Source: a virus. From it: a stretch of 64,000 nucleotides of DNA. The DNA is taken from IMG/VR virus record IMGVR_UViG_3300044450_000310; one strand, written 5' to 3'. Of this stretch, positions 30,801 to 39,844 are shown piece after piece. Made by a program: the position numbers and the translations under genes. Position 1 is the first letter of the stretch. Each line of letters starts with the position of its first letter. Under the pieces are notes generated by a model, which was given only the letters and a program-made list of their open reading frames with translations, made no database searches and was not told where the DNA came from.

Positions 30801-33800
30801 GCTTTTGTTACAATCTCATCGAATGCTTCCTGACCATCTGCAAACAATTCATTTACATCAAGAATCTTGTAGGATTTTCCACCAGTGATACCGCTACGTT
30901 CCACATATTTCATAACCGAACGAAGTGCTCTTTCAAGAACTACACCGAAATGTAGATCTACTTCTTCTCCAACATCGAATAAATCATTGACAATGGATTC
31001 CATTGTACCACGTACAGCGATAATAGGCTTACGATTATTCTTGATTTCCTCGATCGCTCTGTCAGCAACGGCATCAGCTTTCACACTGAATAACATTTGG
31101 TCGACTACATTGTGAATCCGTGAAACGAATGGTTGATTATCCACACCAGCCATTTTCACCCCTTGGTTTCCATTGAACTGCTTTCCTTCATCTTTCAGCT
31201 CTTTTTCACGAGCTTCGAGAACAGGCCATACATGAAGCTTCTGAAAATCGATGATATCACGTAGTACATCACTTACTTCATCATAGAGCGCATGTTGAGC
31301 CACACCTTCAGGATTTAGGCTACCATTATCATCAGTGCCAATTACTTCAAAATCACGCTTTACGCCCTTGAACGATCGTTGACGGCGCACCATCTGTCCA
31401 GAGTCTACCAAATCAGAAGAAAGTATTTCCTGAAGTGCTACTCCTCCACGCTCGATAGCCTCAATCAGCTCATCCATATTCATCGAGACATCTGAGATAT
31501 CAGTTTTTACGGCATACACTGGCATATTATTCGGTCGCTTGGCAAAGGTAGCCGACAAGTACACTGCACCTTGAGCTTTATCCAATTGCTCAATCACGAA
31601 AGCACCAGTATTGGAAGCGCCGGAAGCATTATGAGCCTCATCCATGATGATAAGCGCTCTGTGAGCTATTCGTTTCACAAAGTTTCTCTTATCCTCATAG
31701 CGAGAAGAAGATATCTGAGAATATGTCATTGCTACATAGTCGTAGCTTTTTAGTGCACCAATTGGTTCTTCACTCTTCAGTAAATCTTTATGCTTTTTAG
31801 CTGGTAGAGTTTTATGAACCGTTTTTCCTTGCTTATCAAGAATCTTTGTATCACCATTTACAATGAATGGTTTGAAATTCACTCCGATATCCACCAAATC
31901 TCGGTGCATATCCGTGAGAAGGTTATTCTTTTCGGTGATGAATACTGGTATCAATCCTTGTTTTTTAGCGTAACGAATCATGGTCGCCGCAACTCGACCT
32001 TTACCAATACCTGTTTGATCTCCTACAATCAGAGATTTACCACGCTGAACCTGTTGAATTGCCAAGGCAACGGCATCGATTTGCTCACCAGCCAAGGAAT
32101 TGTACAAATCATCAACATCTTTGAACCCTACATTCTTGATAACAAAGCTATCCACATTACCTACAGAATCAGCTAGTCGGTTCAATGAACCAACCATACT
32201 CATTGCCATAGTTGCTGGCATTTCAGTTGTAATAGGAGTTCCATCAGAAAGCGGAGAATAGAGGATATTCCCGCCTTCATTGTTTACAATTTGCTCTAAA
32301 GAGATTCGAGCATCAATCGTAGATTTCTCTGACGGTAAATTCGATTGATTTCGGTCGGCATCTTCGGTTGATAGTTGGTCTTGTTCTTGCTGGCTATCTC
32401 CCTGAAGTCCGCTAAGTGTGTTTGTATCGGATTGCTGTTCAGTAGCAGTTGTGCTAATTCCTGATTGTCCGTCCCTGGTACTAGAGTCTCCAGTTCGGGA
32501 ACCATCTGTGCTATCAGCTCCTTCGCTTCGGGTTCCTCCTTGATCACCGTTTGAAGTTCCTCCTCCAAGTACGGTTCCAAGTCCTCCACCTTCTTGATCG
32601 ATTTCGTTGGAGCTTTCACCAGAAACAGAATCAGATGAACCGCTTCTTGATACCAGCTCGGATTGTAATAAGGCTTCATGATTTGCTGGTGTTAAATACT
32701 TGTTTATACGTTCGTAAAATCCTTCGAAAGAGTCAACGATATCGCCATTGACTGCTTCTTGTAACGGCGCAAGTCCTTGCGGAGTTTCCTTGCGACCATT
32801 TACCAATATCACACGGATCGGGAAGCTTGCCCCTTGCTTTCGGTAGAGCTTACCCGACACATTGATAACATCTTCCACATTATAGTGGTTATAGAGCCAA
32901 TTAAAGAAGATTGAGTCCTGTCCAATCTTTCTTTGACCATTCTTCCATTGGTCTAATCCACCTACTAGAATTGCTCCTTTTCCATCATCTCTCATGGCAT
33001 CTAAAGCACGAGCTGTCATGATATGATCGAGCTTCGTAAGTGTAACTGACTCACCGTTTACCTCAGAAATGTAGTTCGCTTTTGTGCGACCAAAAGGAGG
33101 ATTTGTAACAATTGCTTGCTGAGTATTCTCTAAGCCTTCAAAGGCTAGAGTTCCATCTTGATCGGTAACATCAAAGAATCGTTGCTGGCGAAGCATTTGA
33201 AGCCTGTCAGCATCAATTTCATTGACTATCACATTATCAGGCTGAGTACCGGTAGCAACTGTCAGGAATCCATTTCCGGCGCTTGGCTCTAATCCAGCAA
33301 CCCCGTCATGTAGATTAGTGTACACGCCCATTGCATAGGCAATTGGAATAGGCGTAGAATACTGCTGATTCTTGATGCTTTGAGCTGTCCTAGCTGTCAT
33401 GGAAGGTTGATAGTTATACACATCTACCAACTCTTTATAGGTCTGAGGAATATCCCCATCGAACTGTTCAACGGTCTGAGCGCTTACAACCAGTGTAGCA
33501 TACTCGGCTAGTTCCTTGATGCGCTTGGTATTCCCTTCCACTTCGTAGGATTTAGCCAAACTTTCGAGCTGAGTCTTATTAAGTGCATTATCACTTCGAA
33601 TAGCATCCATGATTGCACCGACAAACTTCTGCTCATTTTCAGGAAGTGTAATTAAGTCCTCTTCAGTTTCTTGAATAGGGCCATCATCAGTAACCAGTTC
33701 AAAAGCATCAATATTAGCCACCCACGTCTCAACAAAGGCAGAGATATCCAGTATCATTTCTTTATTGAACGCACCTTTTTGAATCGCTTCTTGATAGATA

Positions 33801-36800
33801 CCTAGTCCTGAATTAGTGTAGGTTACTGGTATTGCCAGCTCAAGATTCGGGAATATGGCAAAATCGATTCTTGGATCACTCATGATATCCCCTTCCTGGA
33901 GATACCATTGTTCCATAATCAGGATGAACGCATCAGGATCTACAATTTCTTCCTTACTCAAATCAGCCCACATCCACTGCTTCTCTATAGAAAGATTATC
34001 CACACCTTCTCCACCTTCAAACTTGCGGTAATACGCATTAGGTAGATTCTTTAGGTCGAACAGCTTAGAAATATCAGTGAAATTCTTCTTTGAGCTTCTA
34101 TGAATCCCCTTATCAATCAATGATCGATAATTAGGCGAAGAAGATTGAGGAGCTTCAGGAACTTCATCAAACAAATTGCTTTGAACAGACTCAGTTTGGT
34201 TCACATTTTCTGATACATCTTCCGTTGTTTCATCAGATAGGGCAAAATTGTCCTGACTTTCGCCCGAATTGCCCTTGTTTATTTCATTTGAAACTCCCGA
34301 TTCCTCAGATTCAGCTTCAATTGTGCTTTCTTGGGTATCTAAAGGCTGATTGTTTATTTCATCGCTAATCATTTCTTGCGGATTATCAATATCCGCTTGA
34401 GCAGTAAAGCCACTATTATCGATTCCAGGGTAATACCGAAGAGCATTGTAAATACTGTTCAAATAAGGCTCAATATTAGCGCCGGATGCTTCAATCATCT
34501 TCTGCGACCAGCCTTGGAAGTCTGAAGTACCACTTTCGATGAAGTACCCACCCACCTGAATACCAAGTTGAAGTAATTCAGGATCAATCGGAGCTGGTTC
34601 ATTTACTTGAGAATACTCCGTCTCAGGCTCTCTAATAACTCCATCAGCTCTTAATGAAATGAAATTATCATAGTTCTTATTGCTGGTATCAACAAATATC
34701 ACATCATTGACAGAAATACCCATCGATTTCATTTTCTCGGAAAGCTTTCTGAAGTCTACATACTCACCTTCTTGCCTTCCACCATAGATCACCGAGTTTG
34801 CACCGTGAAGTACAGCTACTCGCTTAGTGAAATTGAATACACCAGTCCACGTCTCGAAATCAGGAACCACATATATTGCCACTGGTTTCTTAGCATTATC
34901 CAGTAACAATACTTCCATCTTATCACCAACGGAATACCGCAGGGAATGAAAGAACTCCGAAGCTGTCTCAGGAGAGATAACTTGCTTTCCTTCATAGATA
35001 TCATTTGCAATCACATCTTGATTGTAGGCTCTTTTACCGAAGTGGAATACTTCAAATTTTACATCATCATTATGATATTCTTCCGCAAGCTTTACATCAG
35101 ATCTATTCTTAATTGGAATATCAGAACCCATATACCCGCCAGAGTAATCATCCCAAAACTTGATAAACTCTCCTTTATAGGTATCCATGATGATATGCAC
35201 AATCTCAACATCAGGAAGAGTCTCTTTAATTCTTCTAGTGAGTGCTATATCTGCACTACTCGCCTTCATGTTGCCTGAAGGATGATTATGAACCAAGTAT
35301 AATTTCTTAGCCTTGAAGTTCTCAGCTCCCGCTACAATGGTTGATGGCTCTACAATAGTTGCACTGGAACCACCTGTAGAAACATGGTGAGGAGTAATAA
35401 CACCGTCTGCATCCTCATATAGTGCAAAGAAATGCTCAACAGCCTCATCTTCTAAAGCTCTCATCAAGTGAGCTACATCATACGGATTTTCAATAGATGC
35501 TTTACCTGTAGTAAGCTCAAATAGATTGGTAGGAGTAAAAGTAGTTACGTTTTTCCAGTATCTAGGCTCTAACCTTTCTCCGAAGACGGTTTCACCTGAT
35601 ACTTGGTCTCGTCCTCGATCAGAATCCCCTTCTGAATCAAATATTCCAAGCTGACGTTCTTTTCTTGCTTCTGAGACGAAGCCGATTTGCTCTCCTGTTC
35701 CTTCAACGGTAAATGTTTCTTTTGCTTCATCAGCGAGGTATCCACGTTTAGGCTCTTCAACAATATCGTTATCTGAACCCAATTTTGCACGTAATTTAGC
35801 TAGTGCATCTTCTGTAGCATCTTTTGTGAATACTTTATTCGATTCACCAGAATCATCAAGAACCTCTTTCTTAGTATCAACCTTATCAATAGTTGACCCT
35901 TTTTTGAGATACCCACTAAGTATGGGTAGAGATAACGAACTACCTGAACCTGACTTATTTCTAAAGGAAACCTCCCCTTTGCTTGATACAGATTCAATTT
36001 CATATTCCGTATTAGATTTTATGTACTGAATATCATCTGAGAAAGTGACTTTATCGCCTTGATTTGCCCCGATTAACTCAAGCGCAACATCCTTTCTTGA
36101 CTTCTTTTTCTTGGTAGAATTATCAGCCTTATCACCACTTATTCTAGGAATAATGGTATCTGTCACAACTTTTTCGTCTTTCTCAACCAGTGTAACATCT
36201 CGATTGGCTCTAATAGCCTCATCACCAGTTACTCCACTTCCTGCAAATGGATCCAGTACAAAATCTCCTTCGAAGGTGGATTGCTGAATCAATGCTTTAA
36301 TGAACTCCGGCGCTTTCTCAGTCGCATAACCTCTAGGTCGAATACCTCTAAAGTTCAGTTCTGTTGGAATCTCACCTTCACGGGCATTCCCTGATTTTGT
36401 CCATAAAAGAACTCTTTCAGGATATGCCTCTTTTCCATTCGGAGAAATTACAGGTTTACCGTCTTTGTAGGTTTTCGTGTAGCTTCCTTCTCCTACTACT
36501 TGGAATCCAAACATCGGGAATGATTGTGCATACAATTCCATGTCATTTTTCGCCGTAGGGGCGCCGGAAAGCATTAAGTACACATGAGAGTCCTCTGAAG
36601 CCACGAGCTGAGATACCGCTTCAACTACAGTCCTAAACTGATCGAATCCGATGAAGTCATAAGTAATCGGTTTTCTATTCCCCCCGATGAAAGCCTTGGA
36701 GAAATACGCAGGATCTAAAAATATCATATCGAACTTGCGACCTTCTTCCACCATTCTTGGAAGAACCTCTTGCGCTTCTCCCGCCTCGATATAGGCATGA

Positions 36801-39800
36801 GTCTTACCATCTTCAGTAGTAAGGGTATAAACCCCTTTATCTACACGCTCGAATTTCCCTTTCTTGGCACCCTGACCAAGAATACGGCGTACATTTGGCT
36901 CTAGGATATCCAGCGCTTCAGCAACTTCTTTGATATGTCGCTCTTTGCCATCAGAAAGTAGGTCTTCAACTTGCTCTCGCTGAGACTTTGGCTTTTGTTC
37001 AGTTTTGTCAGTGAAACCACCAACAATGTTGCGAACTAGTATGAAGGCATCGCTATTCTCATTTTCACCTTTTTCATAGGCACGAAGCCCATAAACATTA
37101 TTGCCTTTTAAATGGTCATTTGGAAGGTGATCCACATCATTGCTTGTAGTTACAATCCAAGTTTCCCCGTTTTCAAGAGTGATTTCCTCACCTACTTCAT
37201 AAATACCGTAGATAGCATCATCAGTCTCATAGGTTTTACGGGAAGAATCGGAGGAGACAGGATTCTCCTCCGTTCTTGCTTCTTCCTTGGAGTCAACGTT
37301 ACTGAGGTCATCATCAGCACGAAGGGTACTACTTGGTGTAGTTTCTTGGTTTAATCCCGCCAACACAGGATCATTAGGATCATCTGTCCAGTCAAATTCA
37401 TCGTTAGAGACGCTATCAGTCTCAGACTCGGCTCTTTGCTCTTTGAGGTGCTTGATAGCTCCGTCAGCAATACGTTCGGCTAATCCTTTGGAGATTTGAA
37501 CACCTGTTACTTCCTCGAATCTGCTTTCTAGGCTCTCAACGGATTGAGATTTTTTATTAAGAACTTTACTTGGTCCACCAGGGTTTTCTTTGATGAAGTC
37601 GAGAATATCATCTACAGTTACTTCTTGCCCTATTTGGTCGGACAGGTATTCAGCTCTTTGAGCGATATCAGTCTTACCTTGCGCACTGGCATAGTTGGCA
37701 AGTGTAATTCCTAGCGTACCTGACTCTAAATTTCGTCCTTGAAGATCGTTTGTTGGAATCTTACCCGCCGATAAGTCTTGAGCAATCGCAATCTCTTTAT
37801 TACTAACCGATCGCTCTTCTTCATTCTTGGCAAGCTCCATCAGGTAGAACTCTGCAATCTCAACAGGATTTTCAGAAGCACGAGCCACTTCACGATGAAG
37901 GAAAGACTCTCCGACTTGTTCATTGTCGGATACACGCTCCATATCAGAGTATGCTTTCGCATTATCCTCGAAATACTGAGCTACCTTTGGAAAGTAGTAT
38001 TTGCTTTGCGATCCAATCGCCTGACCAGTGCCAAGGTTGACAACCTTAACTTTAGCTCCATTTGCCTGTACTTCGTACCCATCCAGTGCTCGTTGAGCCT
38101 TTTGTTCTTCTGTCTCCTCATATAGTCGAATGGTTGATTTAGAAAGAGCATCTTCCCCATCTTGAGCTTCACGTACAGCACGAATACCACGCTCTTCGAA
38201 GGCTTTATTGAGTTCATTAGTCAGAGCTGAAATCTCTGTTTCAGTCAAATCATCGAGTGAAACACGTTGAGGCTCACCCTTAATCAATCGGGTTACGCCC
38301 GTTACAGACTGAATACCAGCCTCGTTCTCAGTGAGTTGTACGCTTTTTCGGTTGTTTCCAGTACCAACGAACACTTCTTTGGCATTTTCATCGATTACCG
38401 GCGCTTGCTCTGAAGCTTCTGTTTGCTCGTCAGGATAGACAAAATCGCCCGTCTCATCCTGCTGAAGTCCTTGGGCATCCCGAATAGCTTCTACGATTTC
38501 ACCCGTAGAAGGCTGAAGTTCAACACCTTCAGCTAAGAGCTGAGTCTCAGGGGATATCTCTTCAATGTTTTCCAGCTCGGATTCAAATACACTCTTATGC
38601 TCACCATTAGGAAGTGTGATATACACTTTGCCTTTAACTTCTCCTTGGCCGTTTACAATAACTTGTTGACTTCCATAGTTGGCCATTGTTTGAGGAGCAC
38701 GATTACGAATCTCTACTTCTTGAGAGTCTAGCTTGTCCTGAAGAAGTTTATCAAACTGGTCAGGAGTTAGATCTACTCGTTGAGTAATCTGTTCTTCAGC
38801 CAGCTCGACCATCTCACCGTTTTTATCAAGTGCTTGGAATTGTCCTTCTCCTGAAGCTCCAATCACTTCATACACATTTCCTTCCGCTTGGACGAGAATT
38901 ACAGAACCATTGGCTTTTCTACGTCTGACATTAGCCACATTCTGAGAGCCGAAAGACAATGGCCCTAATCCAGCACCCATGATAGAACCACCCGCAAAGG
39001 CTTTCATCATGTTCTGAGGTATTTCCTTGAAGGTTTCAATACGATCATCCTGCTCTTGATATAGCATTTGAGTGATCGATTGAGCGACTTCAGTAATCAC
39101 CTCTTCTCCACCTTCGGCATACATACCCGTACCGACTTTGCGCATCAGTTCTTGGTATCCTGCTGGATTGTAACGTGCATAGCGCCGGAGTAGGTCTTCT
39201 CCCGCTTCCTCGGCCATGCGAACATTACCTTTCATCATAAACTTACCGCCCAATTCAGGCATCAGTTTATTTAATGAGAATCGTTCTGCGAGAGCTTCAG
39301 CAACCCCATAGGCCACACCTACAGCAAACTTGGCATTGGCATTTACTTCTTCTCCAATACCCTGCTTGTAGGACTCATATTCCATCATTCCATTACCAGC
39401 ACTAGACGTAGCCAAGCCAGCCATGGAACCATAAGCCAGTGAAGCACCGCCCGTATATGGTGCCAATCCAATAGCAACCGCCGAAGGAACTACCGAAGGA
39501 ATAAGTGATCCAAAAAACTGACCAGCACTATCGTCAGCAAGCGGAGCTGACTTAATGTAATCTTTCGCAACTTCTTTAGTTGTCTCACCCGCTTTATCAA
39601 AACCTAGACGATCAGCCACTTCACCCGAAGCGTATGCAAATCCACCTAATAAACTCTTAGTACCTTGCTCAAGTCCTTCTCTAAAGTTCTGACCGAATGT
39701 ATCATCAGGATTTTGAGAGCCTTTAGAAGTTACTTCTTTCAGGATATCGCCGACTGCTGGACGATTCTCAGGGGAGCTAGTAGATTTATTGCCAAAATAC

Positions 39801-39844
39801 TTGGAGAATAAATCCTTCTTAGGTGTATTCTTATCGTTGATCAT
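24845..39844 (-). CDS. Giant polyvalent (DarB-like, probably ejected) protein, 4999 aa
   Basis: HTH; MTase (FLDPAY...LDPFAGSG); JAB (HNHPSG..S..D); MTase (LEPSAGNG...NPPF); Strawberry-notch-type SF2 helicase (GDQTGIGKG, DEAH, SAT, QKWGRIFRTGQ); zincin HEVVGH; ART-like YHGS..GIYFT..EY.VF; LPD38-like C-terminus. Confidence 0.9.
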   Translation of the reverse strand: MINDKNTPKKDLFSKYFGNKSTSSPENRPAVGDILKEVTSKGSQNPDDTFGQNFREGLEQGTKSLLGGFAYASGEVADRLGFDKAGETTKEVAKDYIKSAPLADDSAGQFFGSLIPSVVPSAVAIGLAPYTGGASLAYGSMAGLATSSAGNGMMEYESYKQGIGEEVNANAKFAVGVAYGVAEALAERFSLNKLMPELGGKFMMKGNVRMAEEAGEDLLRRYARYNPAGYQELMRKVGTGMYAEGGEEVITEVAQSITQMLYQEQDDRIETFKEIPQNMMKAFAGGSIMGAGLGPLSFGSQNVANVRRRKANGSVILVQAEGNVYEVIGASGEGQFQALDKNGEMVELAEEQITQRVDLTPDQFDKLLQDKLDSQEVEIRNRAPQTMANYGSQQVIVNGQGEVKGKVYITLPNGEHKSVFESELENIEEISPETQLLAEGVELQPSTGEIVEAIRDAQGLQQDETGDFVYPDEQTEASEQAPVIDENAKEVFVGTGNNRKSVQLTENEAGIQSVTGVTRLIKGEPQRVSLDDLTETEISALTNELNKAFEERGIRAVREAQDGEDALSKSTIRLYEETEEQKAQRALDGYEVQANGAKVKVVNLGTGQAIGSQSKYYFPKVAQYFEDNAKAYSDMERVSDNEQVGESFLHREVARASENPVEIAEFYLMELAKNEEERSVSNKEIAIAQDLSAGKIPTNDLQGRNLESGTLGITLANYASAQGKTDIAQRAEYLSDQIGQEVTVDDILDFIKENPGGPSKVLNKKSQSVESLESRFEEVTGVQISKGLAERIADGAIKHLKEQRAESETDSVSNDEFDWTDDPNDPVLAGLNQETTPSSTLRADDDLSNVDSKEEARTEENPVSSDSSRKTYETDDAIYGIYEVGEEITLENGETWIVTTSNDVDHLPNDHLKGNNVYGLRAYEKGENENSDAFILVRNIVGGFTDKTEQKPKSQREQVEDLLSDGKERHIKEVAEALDILEPNVRRILGQGAKKGKFERVDKGVYTLTTEDGKTHAYIEAGEAQEVLPRMVEEGRKFDMIFLDPAYFSKAFIGGNRKPITYDFIGFDQFRTVVEAVSQLVASEDSHVYLMLSGAPTAKNDMELYAQSFPMFGFQVVGEGSYTKTYKDGKPVISPNGKEAYPERVLLWTKSGNAREGEIPTELNFRGIRPRGYATEKAPEFIKALIQQSTFEGDFVLDPFAGSGVTGDEAIRANRDVTLVEKDEKVVTDTIIPRISGDKADNSTKKKKSRKDVALELIGANQGDKVTFSDDIQYIKSNTEYEIESVSSKGEVSFRNKSGSGSSLSLPILSGYLKKGSTIDKVDTKKEVLDDSGESNKVFTKDATEDALAKLRAKLGSDNDIVEEPKRGYLADEAKETFTVEGTGEQIGFVSEARKERQLGIFDSEGDSDRGRDQVSGETVFGERLEPRYWKNVTTFTPTNLFELTTGKASIENPYDVAHLMRALEDEAVEHFFALYEDADGVITPHHVSTGGSSATIVEPSTIVAGAENFKAKKLYLVHNHPSGNMKASSADIALTRRIKETLPDVEIVHIIMDTYKGEFIKFWDDYSGGYMGSDIPIKNRSDVKLAEEYHNDDVKFEVFHFGKRAYNQDVIANDIYEGKQVISPETASEFFHSLRYSVGDKMEVLLLDNAKKPVAIYVVPDFETWTGVFNFTKRVAVLHGANSVIYGGRQEGEYVDFRKLSEKMKSMGISVNDVIFVDTSNKNYDNFISLRADGVIREPETEYSQVNEPAPIDPELLQLGIQVGGYFIESGTSDFQGWSQKMIEASGANIEPYLNSIYNALRYYPGIDNSGFTAQADIDNPQEMISDEINNQPLDTQESTIEAESEESGVSNEINKGNSGESQDNFALSDETTEDVSENVNQTESVQSNLFDEVPEAPQSSSPNYRSLIDKGIHRSSKKNFTDISKLFDLKNLPNAYYRKFEGGEGVDNLSIEKQWMWADLSKEEIVDPDAFILIMEQWYLQEGDIMSDPRIDFAIFPNLELAIPVTYTNSGLGIYQEAIQKGAFNKEMILDISAFVETWVANIDAFELVTDDGPIQETEEDLITLPENEQKFVGAIMDAIRSDNALNKTQLESLAKSYEVEGNTKRIKELAEYATLVVSAQTVEQFDGDIPQTYKELVDVYNYQPSMTARTAQSIKNQQYSTPIPIAYAMGVYTNLHDGVAGLEPSAGNGFLTVATGTQPDNVIVNEIDADRLQMLRQQRFFDVTDQDGTLAFEGLENTQQAIVTNPPFGRTKANYISEVNGESVTLTKLDHIMTARALDAMRDDGKGAILVGGLDQWKNGQRKIGQDSIFFNWLYNHYNVEDVINVSGKLYRKQGASFPIRVILVNGRKETPQGLAPLQEAVNGDIVDSFEGFYERINKYLTPANHEALLQSELVSRSGSSDSVSGESSNEIDQEGGGLGTVLGGGTSNGDQGGTRSEGADSTDGSRTGDSSTRDGQSGISTTATEQQSDTNTLSGLQGDSQQEQDQLSTEDADRNQSNLPSEKSTIDARISLEQIVNNEGGNILYSPLSDGTPITTEMPATMAMSMVGSLNRLADSVGNVDSFVIKNVGFKDVDDLYNSLAGEQIDAVALAIQQVQRGKSLIVGDQTGIGKGRVAATMIRYAKKQGLIPVFITEKNNLLTDMHRDLVDIGVNFKPFIVNGDTKILDKQGKTVHKTLPAKKHKDLLKSEEPIGALKSYDYVAMTYSQISSSRYEDKRNFVKRIAHRALIIMDEAHNASGASNTGAFVIEQLDKAQGAVYLSATFAKRPNNMPVYAVKTDISDVSMNMDELIEAIERGGVALQEILSSDLVDSGQMVRRQRSFKGVKRDFEVIGTDDNGSLNPEGVAQHALYDEVSDVLRDIIDFQKLHVWPVLEAREKELKDEGKQFNGNQGVKMAGVDNQPFVSRIHNVVDQMLFSVKADAVADRAIEEIKNNRKPIIAVRGTMESIVNDLFDVGEEVDLHFGVVLERALRSVMKYVERSGITGGKSYKILDVNELFADGQEAFDEIVTKANSITKELIASPLDYIVNKIEKGGYNIGEVTGRNKKIDLTGENKGVVKIRAKKERDKNTLFNGFNEGEIDALIINSSGATGASAHSSEHFGDQRQRVMIIHQPELNINTEVQKWGRIFRTGQVNLPEYQYITSSIPAETRLMMILKKKIKSLDANTTSSQKTSSGFLEMEDFINKYGDKIVYEYLQENEDLNEAMQRPMRRDDDSPAENLAMKTTGRMAFMPSEIQEEFYQEISERYASLIEMLNEYGENDLVIDSFDLQTEQIEKKLLVQGRDSGSAFGGNTYMEKVKAKVLRKPMKIEEINSLVEKELDGRSEEQYTSEWIKKAESSIDEKAEDRIARARLAKSFDQAKLNKINEDVDRIRDYVVNKLFRPFEVGQVYMIPIDSQGASKEVKQAIFLGHHVNMKAKNPFAPSNVKLKFATNDSMRTITIPGSSIQFVRATLSESMIGPYAKRNIREGWNHNQSSANFETRYIATGNILQAVNKLGSKGRLISYTTNDGKLNNGVILPSGIRDEELNKITKVRVKASKLTDKVKEMEGYWDKVSLSGGVGFSKDYDGNYLLEVPSSKARGGKYFLDEKLATYIQGDFEKRGKTMRGVVERYDIGAVLDYLERAHNIFGEVDPDDPIAETRKPNLRLKILDDVAPVISKQTEDIAQMAEELVQDWRVKKHIHIARSEEELPWVIQQYIKEDPKKIGGLYLDGEVFILAQNIKSREELEKTLLHEVVGHMGFRGLLQSNSANRDAYEKDYNELTLGIYESFKNDAEYKRIAKKYDLDMRKHDDRMIASEEFIAHMAENDLHKTFLDRAIQWVQDFLADHLGIQTKLSRADLIDLLSDMRRFVDSEVSLYADGTIMRQAFRIADEKNFAEWFSDSKVVDTEGNPLVVYHGSTNKDLTSFKKGKRGNLGSGIYFTNNESYAQDYADRMGAGNGRVYGSCLRIKNPFRVYGSDGAEAVLTKLYSKRIYKNRARKQSNPNYLITSKDIQKIKSQGYDGIIWSVNEQSNSYTEYSVFEPNQIKSSTENNGQYNPNDPDIRFKILSKEPLEEVFHQYQNKKIDWLIRRYQNKFIDGQRIQEGVVKDGGRIDDKSNFIQDELNHHGRIESQKKNIEQNYLNPLLRQMRTLNKEKGVSYEDLRQYLYANHATERNEYLFKKNPRGGDAQSGMSDTEARQVMRELDQRGILEDIQDVAGYVYGITENTLRAQMVGGLISKKEFGARRKRFENYVPLRGFKELMDIDPTMYAGNQKMEGRESKAGDILAYVMAMNDTAIIHGEKNRVKQTLLEFVKENYNRADLFRIRNVYWKRTGEIDEETGKEKWLASYDQPTADQLLSGDVKRSLDPENEQMLWEEATNVYEEKNIRLMVDGRPVVIEVTKPHLARAFKEMDVEGIPQDLATMSLAVRWLRNVVTQYSPEFGLRNLIRDSWTGLINISIDNSVADASKVINPVAYAGAFKALRSYYRKGKFDDSEWGKAMKAYMKHGAITGYWQLNEVKERTQNLKKAVEDHSFKNNMANGLKKLGSFVDDYNRILENIARVSVFKHLYYNKVINPDTNKPYTAKQSANYARNLTVNFNQKGNRSGFMGSLFLFFNATVQGVARQARPFFSKHRGIQTRAMATPVILGATSFLWNELLRTALGLDDDEEWRYDKISDWTRHHNIIIPNLFSDDPDDFIKIPLPYGYNTYWAVGDITNRIANDSLELSEGALEMAVVTVDAYNPIGTASGDSFGEATYKTFLPTLLKPGFELVTNTDFAGNQIKPEPFPNAVQPPQSQQFYPYASSLSKKIAESLNEVTGGDEFTEGIIDVSPEYIDYVFNFVGGGPAKFIGGLASTAENISDHVRGIEDAELYDIYDVPFARSMYGKVSKTVIRENFIENQKEIEGLFADYRSYYESGQVAKGEQFALENEELLGLYNDLRAVKSQLRQLNGYRGQLMDQQDSTDNREVRDKLRKVADSQYELYIAFNRLVNEVEGRGDRSSVLQKVIGNSNE

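Noticed and set aside
24845-39844. Giant protein as an N4/crAss-type virion RNA polymerase or tape measure
   Set aside because: No polymerase catalytic motifs were recognised; the motifs found are MTase, JAB, helicase, peptidase and ART, and the composition is not tape-measure-like
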